A DNA stretch of 64,000 bases from Eledone cirrhosa (lineage: Eukaryota): assembly GCA_964016885.1 (NCBI GenBank), contig OZ024761.1:12524001-12588000 (forward strand), written 5' to 3'. The translations under genes were made by a program, and so were the position numbers. Under the pieces are notes generated by a model. It searched no databases. It had not been told where the DNA came from and saw nothing but the letters and a program-made list of their open reading frames with translations. This document shows positions 55,022 through 64,000 of this stretch, in pieces (within the stretch, counting starts at the first letter, position 1; each line of letters begins with the position of its first letter).

Positions 55022-56493
55022 CCATAGAAAGGGCAAAATGCTAATGGTTGGAATACCTTTGATGTGAAAGATCAATCTGGGTCCACCTGAAGCTAATCAA
55101 CAACACATTACCATCTTGAAAAGACAGGACTCATTGGAGAATGTAATAGTTTCTAATTTGCGGTCAAGGCCAGTGATTTAGGGGCAAAGGAAAGTCGTTT
55201 ATATCGACCCAGTACTTTATTTTATCGATCGGGAGAGGATGAAAGGTATGGGAATGCTGTGTTAGTCGTGGCTGGAATGCTTTTATCACGGGTCTGTCCT
55301 CTTGGTTTAGAACTGGTTTGGAACGAAGGAAGAAGACCAACATCTCTAAATAATGAGTACAGATAATTTTTGGTATTAGCACAGGACCAGAAATCGAGAA
55401 GAATGAGTTAGATTGACGATATCTTACATCAGTAATTGATCATGTATTTGGCTGTTATTTGTAGGGACATTTTAGTTGATTATTTTCACTTATATATGAA
55501 ATTCTGTTCAAATGAATACTTGAAACCAGAAATTACATTCATAAACACATAAAAACAGGCCGGTTTTATTTTTCCTTTTCTTCTGCTGCTAACAACTAGG
55601 CTAAAACTGTTTGTTTCTAGAACTACAAAACAACTGGGGTAGAGGAACGGGTGAAAGTCCTCCTGAGAAGCTGGTTTTTGAAATTTATTAAGATGGACTT
55701 GTAATCTAGAAATACAATGTTGACCGATGTATTGTTAAATAATAATATAGATAAATAAATAAATCAAAGCTAGCTAAAACAAAGTGCGTGTTAGTGAGTG
55801 TTTCAGAAAATGTAACGAGTTTGCTGGAGAAATAAAATGTTATTATAATAATTGTACACATCTGACATCTGACCAAAGAAAAAGTCTAAAGTTTATTTAA
55901 TCAGGGCAGCTTAAAACTTTTTTGAAAAAGAAAATAAAATAAAAATGAAAATAAAAAACGCATACATAATGTAACTCAAACTTGTTTGGCAAAAAAAAAA
56001 AAAAAAAATCAAAGCTGTAAAGACACATGGTAGTGACAGTATAAGGTCAATCCTCATTTAGCAAACCTATAATAGGTGCTCCAGCCTTGACCATCTCGTT
56101 TATTAGTATATCTAGGACTATATCGTCCAAAAATGTCTTTCTTTCTACAAGACAGTAGAGCGTGGTTGCTATTTCTAGTAGGTTTTAAGTAGCACGACAA
56201 GAAATCCATAGATTTTTATAGGGTTGAAAGAAGAAAGAAAAAGAGTCGAAAGACTTGAGATTCAATAAAAGAACTTATATTATTTTATTCTTTCATTCAA
56301 GTATGTTTTATTTCAGGGTAGAACCTCCTTAAGGACCACCTATGGTGTAATTATTAACAGTAATTAAATTTCGGTTGGTGACATGCTTTGTACGTAAGCA
56401 AATGAGAGAGATCGGCTTCCAACAAATAAACTCTACTACATTTATATCGAAACGTCGTATATATTTATATATATTTATATTTATATATATATA

Positions 56494-56542
<49 letters not shown>

Positions 56543-56779
56543 ATATGTGTGTATAAAATGTCTGATTAGTTGACGACGTGATAAAATGAAAGAAAATTTT
56601 GGCATGAATATCTGTCGGGTTGAGGGATTGGCAGTAACCCACGTTGGTACGACAGAGGTGTATGTATTTAGTATGTTTAGCTGTAGGATCGGACACATTT
56701 AGACATTGAAAAATATATAAAAACAATCAAATTAATAAAAATAAAATCAAATAACGGTTAATTTAATAGAGCTATTTAC

Positions 56780-56816
56780 CTAAATCTTCCATGACTCGTT
56801 GTTTGTAATTCAGCAT
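56780..56816 (-). CDS. Candidate first coding exon MLNYKQRVMEDL
   Basis: ATG...TTAG|gtaaat, phase 1, matching the 49913 acceptor; unique sequence. Confidence 0.3.
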
Positions 56817-57759
56817 CAATGTTGGGGCCCAAACTCGTTGGGGTTATATAAAAAAACACGCAGAGGCGGGAGTGGCAGCTGACTGACAAAATGTTTGATA
56901 ATGATGATTGTGTTATGGATGGTAGAGGCAAGAAGCAGGGACGTTTGTTGAACGTTTAAATGTTGTTGATCTTTTAACCACCCGAAAAAAATGGTTTAAA
57001 CTCCGTATATATCTGTCAGGCCTGCCTGAAGCAGTTGTATTGATTCCAAAATGACAACAAACCTCAGTTGTTGTTGGGCGTTATTGTTCTTCTCGTTGTT
57101 ATTATTTGTTGATTGGTTTTCTGCTGTTTTAAAATGTATTTCCAATAATATATAGATTAACTGTTTCCGATATTAGTTTTGCATCGCCTATTTTGTTGTG
57201 GGTGTTTCTTTCTTCTCCTTCTTCCACTCGATGTTCCACTTGTAGTAAAGCAATAAATACGGTCACATCACCAAAAATCTACCCCGAATTACCTACTACT
57301 TATTACCAACAATAGCTCTTGTTTAACATGACTATGTGTAAATTGTGTATAGAAATATGTATGTGTTTATATGCGGATTGGGTTGGTACTTATCTATATA
57401 GAAATGCGTATGTATGTATTTACATAGGTGGCGTGGGTATGTATGCTTGTGTACAGAAAAACATTTGTATATATGTGTATATATTCATTCGGAGCATGTA
57501 TGCTTGTATACAGACATACGCATGTAGATGTATTTATATATATATTTGGCGTCAGTGTGCTTGTGTGCTACATGTAAGTGTATAAGTACACGTATATATA
57601 CATTTATGTAGGTGTGTGTGTGTTCAACGTGTAAAAATTAACAGATGCACTCAAGAAAAAAAGTGAGGGAGCGTCAGTTTTTTTTTTTCTCAGGAGGTTG
57701 ATGTGTATCTTTTTGTTGGTGTAACAATTTCCAGTCAGTGAACTGAAATATAAAGTTAC

Positions 57760-57820
57760 CTTGTTTCTTAAAGCAACGTTACACCGGCGACATAACAAAA
57801 CCTCGCGCGCCCTGCCTCCT
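57760..57820 (-). promoter_or_regulatory. Candidate 5' non-coding exon/TSS region
   Basis: Local CpG cluster (cctcgcgcgccc, ccggcg) and donor CAAG|gtaact. Confidence 0.25.
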
Positions 57821-58749
57821 CTATAACTATTATCTCTTTCCCTCTATTTCTCTCTCTCTCTCTCTATCTATATATATATATAGATAGAGAGAGAGAGATA
57901 TTTGTGTGTGTTCTACTCTTATTTTATTAGTTTCTCTGACGTTGGGTTCCCATCAACCTAGTTATATTTATTAACCTTAAATCTTTAAATAATTGTAAAC
58001 TCCCATATTAACACCTCAATAATTATATTATAGTATATATAAAATATATATTATAGTATATATAATATATATGATTGTGCGCGTGTATACACCTTACATA
58101 TATAAACACGCAAACATATTACCAGTATATAAACTTTATTGGATCGCTGAAAGTATTATTATTGTATTTATTGTTTAACCAAAGGTCAGTCCTGATCAAA
58201 CTGACATATCAAAGGTATCAAACTATAACTCTCTCGTATGTCTTTAATCTGTACTTCTCTTTTTGTGTATGTGGCAGATCGGAGGGTAAAAGACGACAAA
58301 TGTGTAAGATTTCGACAGTATCTGACTGGTATTCTTAATAAGTCTAGTGACCGTGTTGAGGCTGTGTGACAAATATTTCATCTGGAACAGTTTCCTGCGA
58401 CACCGTTCACTACGAAAAGCTACAATATTCACGTGTTTCAAAAGTAGAGGCAAGCAAATAGAAGACAAATTAGTATTTGTCACCACCTGGCTGTCTGTTT
58501 GAAGTATTCCTTTACAGCAGGAACACACTGATGCTTCTTTTTTCTTCTCCTTCTCCTCATTATCAGCAGCAGCAGTCCCAGTTCTGGTTACCATCAGAAA
58601 ACTCACGTACATGTGTGTGTGTGTGATAAACGAAAGGATAAGAGAAAACGATGTGAAATAGTTAATTATTCCACTCTGGTCATGAATCTGGGGTAATGAT
58701 CGAAAGAATACCGTCGTGAATACAAGCGGATGAAATGGGGTTCTTCCAA

Positions 58750-59060
58750 AGCGTCGTTGGAGTAATGTTACTTGATATCAGATGTCAAAGAGTCACTCCA
58801 AGTAGAGCCGCTACTTCTCTGAATTAAGAGATCACAGCTCCGATATTACAGACATGTGGTTAGAACGTCTCAGGAAAGAATCGCTGGATAGATTTTACGG
58901 GCCAACCCAACCGGCAGTAGATCCGGGGGTACACCCCGAGCAAGATGGTTGGATAACATCGATGAACTCGGCTGGTCTCGTTTGGGGTCCAGGCAGATCA
59001 TTTAGAAACAGATGCTCCTGACAGAAGCCGCTGGTCTGCTGCTAGCTTCAGTAGATGGCT
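58750..59060 (+). mobile_element. RTE LINE C-terminal relic (second family)
   Basis: ESLQVEPLLL*IKRSQLRYYRHVVR..PRARWLDNI. Confidence 0.7.
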
Positions 59061-59544
59061 ACCAATACTTGTAGTGAACAAGTCAGGCATGCAAGAGTAG
59101 AACTAATAGGGTAGACCACCCGACCCCGGCACTCTGCCCCTTCACACTGATTCAGCACATGTGCCATTTTATCTGCTGAGACGGGTTTTTCACAACACTC
59201 CGCCTCCCTGCTGAGTCGCAGCAGGTTGTTGGGGTAGGACGTGAAGTCTCTCATCTCTAGCCCATCTCTCCTTGCTAAAAGTTTGGCAAAGTGTTGCTGG
59301 AAACCTCATACAACACATCTACTTAGGATCAGATTGTATGCACCCTCCATGGTCCAACAGAGATCGAATTGTGGTTTTGTTGTCACATTGTACTTCCATC
59401 ACTTGAGTCCATTGAACAATTCTCGAAGCTTCATCTTTTAATGGATGCGCCCCAGCAAAGGACAACACATTCTTTATATTTCACATCAAAGAAATGGTCA
59501 AGGGACATTAAGGGCCATTCTCACCACTAGCACGTCAGCTGTGA

Positions 59545-59885
59545 TGCCTCTTCTATTCCTTCTCATCCCATCCTAATATCTGAGGGCCTGGGGTCATGGA
59601 CTCATGGATCAGCACTCTCCATCTTTTCCTGTCTTTTGTCATTGCCATACATTCTGTCAAACTCCTTCCTGTCCATACCTTAATATCATCTGTTCATCTC
59701 CTTTTCGCCCCCCCCCCCCCCCCTCAGCCCCTTTTCCCTGTATTCGTCCCTCACGGATGTGGATAGTCAAATTTGGGCCCTAATGACATGACCAAAATAC
59801 TGAAGTTTCCTTTTCCTTACTGTTTCACCTAACTGTCGATTGGCACCAATCTCTTCCAAGACAGATCCATTTGTTCTGTGAGCAC
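59545..59885 (-). mobile_element. RTE/BovB-like LINE 3' relic
   Basis: RTNGSVLEEIG..RKRKLQYFGHVIR..EGRIQGKR..DDIKVWTG..DRKRWR. Confidence 0.75.
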
Positions 59886-60067
59886 GCCCATAGCATAACA
59901 TTTCAAAATCATTATCTAAGGGAGATAACTCTTAGAAAATGTTTTCGGTGGAAATTATTTAACTTAACGGTTCAAAATAAGAAAATTGAAATATCTTGTA
60001 TTGATTGATCATACGCAAATGTGACAATATGCAACAATTGCTATGCTCATATGTGCGTGTATATATA

Positions 60068-60331
60068 TAATATATAAATATAGGTATTTGTTTGAATTGA
60101 AATGTTCATTCTTGCGTGGATCCCACACTGTAATTTTTTTATATTTCATCGAATTTATTGCGTAAATAAAATAATTTGTAAGACTTGCTCCCGTTTATAT
60201 ATTCAAATACACGAACCGACGAATTATTTTATTTACGCAATAAATTCGATGAAATATAAAAAAATGTACAGTGTGGGATCCACGCAAGGATGAACATTTC
60301 AATTCAAACAAATACCTATATTTATATATTA
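60068..60331. repeat. About 110-bp inverted repeat with 45-bp spacer
   Basis: Arms 60068-60176 and 60222-60331, next to a TA run. Confidence 0.8.
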
Positions 60332-63300
60332 AAGAATGTCGGGGGGGGGGGGGGGGGGGCTCATAAATCTACACCAAAAGGAAATTTATTCGTTTCGGTA
60401 ATTCAAAGAGGCCCAGTTATTATTATTATTATTATTTTCATATCCCTTTTAGTTGTGGCTTTATTTTTAATAACACTGCAAATTTTCAACATTCCCCATA
60501 ATTTCAAAATTGTTTCCGTTGCAGTAAGGAGAGTGTGCAAAGTAGATTAATTAGTAAATAGATTTTTTAAAATAGATATGATAAAAAAACATCTTTGTTT
60601 TGAGAAAAACAAAAAGTAAACAAGAAAACTATGTAAAATGTTTGTTGTTCGGGTGAAGATCCGGTGTGAGAATGGTGAAAGTAAAATGGCTCTCAATTTG
60701 ACAAGGAGGACCTCCATTGCTGGAGTGTTTGAATGTAATAAACAATTGATCAGATCTCTTTACATTTAAACTTTCACTTCTCTAGTCTTTGATCGTAAGG
60801 AGGAAATGGGTAAGAAAAAGGAACAACCTACAGAAGAAGATGTTACTAGTAAGTAACATTTGTTGCCAGCTCCATGTTTGTTTATTTATGAATTACTGTG
60901 GGACCCCGATCTTTCCATTATGTTTGCCATCACAGAAATATTTATATGAAGATCGTCCTTGTCAAATCTTTCCTAATAACTTAATATGTCAACATTTCTC
61001 CCGTTTTATTTATTGTTTGTAATTATAGACGGTATTTTCAGTTGAACCATCATCGTTGTTGTTGTTGATGTTGTTGGTGTCGTCGTTCACTTCTAGTTAT
61101 TCAGTTTGTATTTCAGATATACTCCATATAATACAACCTTGCTATATTAAATACGGTAGGGTGTAATCGGAGGGTATTTTAGTTGCTATTTCTGTCCGAT
61201 CAAGCGGCCACCTAGAAGTTGCCTTGTTGAATCATTGTTTATATTTTCAGGTTCAAATATTGACATGACTCAATTTAACCGATCAATGCTTCTTTCCGCG
61301 GCCGATTGTAATTTAGATGATAGAACGAAGTTTCATTTTAAAATCTTTGTATTGGATATTGAACGTTACACATGTTTCACAGATGATTGGCTCTATGCGA
61401 AATTTAGTAAACTGACGGCGATTATCGTACAATACCGGGGGCCCTAGAGAGGAAGGAACATGTTTTGAATGAGTACGCACATCTGATGACCAGATCGATA
61501 CAGGAGTCAGTTTTATCATATCGATAAAGTCCTAGATTCATAATATATACACCCTGCTATAGCATCGAGTGCTCATATTAGTTCAACCTCCAGTAATCAA
61601 AATGATTGAACAACATGCTTCTTTATATTTATATAATGTTTCATCTTGAGGTGCCACCAAAGTAAGCCACGATCTCCCCCTCGTCGCTGGACAATCTCGG
61701 GAACATTCATCAATAAGTACTCGGTCTTCACTGCAGTATTCCACATTAAAAATACAATAATTTATCAACAGCATTTACTGATATTTTGCCAACGTAGGTT
61801 TGATGTTTGGTATCAACAGAACACGATATTCATCACGAGCCCTGTCTCTTCCCACGAGCGATTTTATTTGTCTTGTTTGTGTGTGAAAAATTCGGTAAAT
61901 GTTCATCAAGAAGCATCAAGTGTGAAAAGGAAGGACATGGTAAAAGAAGGGACAAGAAAAATATTTTAAAGATCGACAAAAATTGTAAGAGCGACAGTGT
62001 ATGTAGGTTTATGTCGACTTGTGAGTATGTGTGATTGAGGTCTGGTCGTTCGGTTCTCTCGAGGATGTCCTGTCCCGGGACAATTCTGATCGAGCACACA
62101 CCTATATTCCAAAGCGTCCCACCCATGACATTCACATCTTTTTAGTGGTGTGTGCATACTACTATATATTAACGTACCTTTCCTTTTTTTTTTAAGTAGA
62201 TTTCAGCTGCTCTTACTAGAAAGTCGAGGAATATGTAGCGACACCCTCGTTGGCTATTGAAATTGTTAGTATTAACCGCAAGCTAGTCCCACTCGAGCAC
62301 ATATGGTTAAAATCGTACTCATCCCGATAAATTAGAACCAAGACTACTTTCATTATCCAACGAGTCCCCCGTTTAAGCTCGTGTACTGTGATTGTGAGGC
62401 AATTTGGCTGCGATTTCTAGCAGGTCGATCGACCACTAAAGGACTCCCTCGTCGGCTATGAAGGTTTTTCATGACCGGTAAATTAATTATTCCGTTTAAT
62501 TTTAGTTACCTGTGTTGACCTTCAAGCTATCTGCTTCTAGACTGTCAGTTACTATCGAGACGAACTATATATCCTTATCCTTATCATAAATATATATAGA
62601 CATAAGCCATGTGTGTGTGTGTGTGTATTTAGTCTCATTGGGAAACTAGGCCCCGAGTTTAGCAGGCACCACGAGAGACCTATAACTTTAGGATAGCCTA
62701 GAGTTAAACGTTGCAGGTATTCGAACCCGTAACTTCTTAGTTTGTATTATGCTTCATGAACCTGTTTAACAGATACACAACACGATTAAGGTATATATTT
62801 ATTTCTAAAAATGTTTGTCTTGCCGATTTCATTAAATTTCTCAAGGTTAAAAATTTCTATCAAGTCTTCCACCCTACACTTAATTTACTATAAAGAATTT
62901 CTTTTACCCAATTCCGTTAATGTTGAAAGCCACACACACCGGTTTATTTCTATCACGCTGGACACCCCTCTCTTTAAATACTTCCACCTTATTAATTTCC
63001 TACTCAAAACTTCTTATTTATTCTAAGCCAACCTATAAAGTACATACACACTTCTTCACCCCCAAAAAACTATTTGCTCTAAATATATAAGTATACGAAG
63101 TTGAAAGATGTGAAGAAATGAAAAAAGTGGCAAATAATAATAACAATTACCTACTTTGAACCTTTTATTTATTTATTTCGGTAAGGAAAGCCAAGTTTTT
63201 TTCTTTTTATATTCGCCATGATGGCGTGTTTCACTTTTAATTACGCCGCTTTTCTCCATATTTACTTTCTACAATAGACCAATGATAGGAAATGTCCATC

Positions 63301-63686
63301 TTACTGTGTAGAGTTATTTCATTGTTTTTCATTGCGATAACAACTATCTTTTCCTTAATTCCTTGTTAACGTTCTGTGATGGTGTCTCTTGTAAGAAACT
63401 AAATTTGACGGGACTTCATTACTCTAAAACTTTCATGCGATGATTTTAAAATGTTTGATTGCATAATACCTGGGGTATACCTGGTCACACAACCTCCTCG
63501 GGCAAAACTTTTTCCCAACTACAGCTGCACCTTTTATAGTTCTTCAAATACAATATGCTAATTTAATGTCTGACAAATAACACCTGTTCTGTCACTATCT
63601 GTAAGTTTCCTGTCTAAACTGTGAGATATTTACATACTCATACACATGTATATAAATATATATATACATGCACACACACACATATA

Positions 63687-63725
<39 letters not shown>

Positions 63726-63767
63726 AAATCCTGGCGTATTTATTGACCTTGGATTTTTTTTAAAATG

Positions 63768-63826
63768 TTCATTCTGATGATTGAAAGCAAAATTTTTTTG
63801 CTTTTAAGAAACCTCTGGTAAATGAA
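63768..63826 (+). ncRNA. Type I hammerhead ribozyme (GUA)
   Basis: ttcatt-CTGATGA-ttgaaagcaaaa(ttt)ttttgcttttaa-GAAA-cc(tct)gg-TA-aatgaa; element 63721-63925 lies between TA tracts. Confidence 0.85.
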
Positions 63827-63924
63827 ATTGCCTTATGTTGTTTATTACATAACTATTAAGCTCTGTTACCTACATAGAGCACTCTTTTTTCCTGGACTTT
63901 TCCGACGGAATTACTTCATTTATT

Positions 63925-63965
<41 letters not shown>

Positions 63966-64000
63966 TAAAATATGTCTTTAGAATCACTAGATATAATATA

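Noticed and set aside
58244-58612. 122-aa minus-strand ORF
   Set aside because: No recognisable domain, starts in a CA repeat, no consistent splice boundaries.

Overview
AT-rich, repeat-saturated eukaryotic (animal) genomic DNA. The (TA)n/(CA)n density, tRNA-derived SINEs with RTE-type tails and RTE LINE relics suggest an octopod/coleoid cephalopod (inference). Almost all long ORFs in the track are translations of micro/minisatellites. Main signal: at least 13 near-complete and about 10 truncated or degenerate type I hammerhead ribozyme (HHR) motifs (CUGANGA...GAAA...NUH with helix I/II pairing that can be read directly). They lie in short (150-450 bp) elements of several unrelated sequence families, mostly embedded in (TA)n tracts. 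Many are built as head-to-head inverted repeats and share a T-N-GAG-Y-R-C motif near the 3' end. This best fits 3' ends/pseudo-LTRs of Penelope-like retroelements or retrozyme-like non-autonomous partners targeting TA microsatellites. Also present: two SINE families, RTE and R4/Dong-like LINE fragments, piggyBac-, mariner/Tc1- and hAT-type MITEs, several minisatellites born from retroelement segments, and a low-confidence chain of small minus-strand exons (about 23.8-57.8 kb) from an unidentified spliced transcript.
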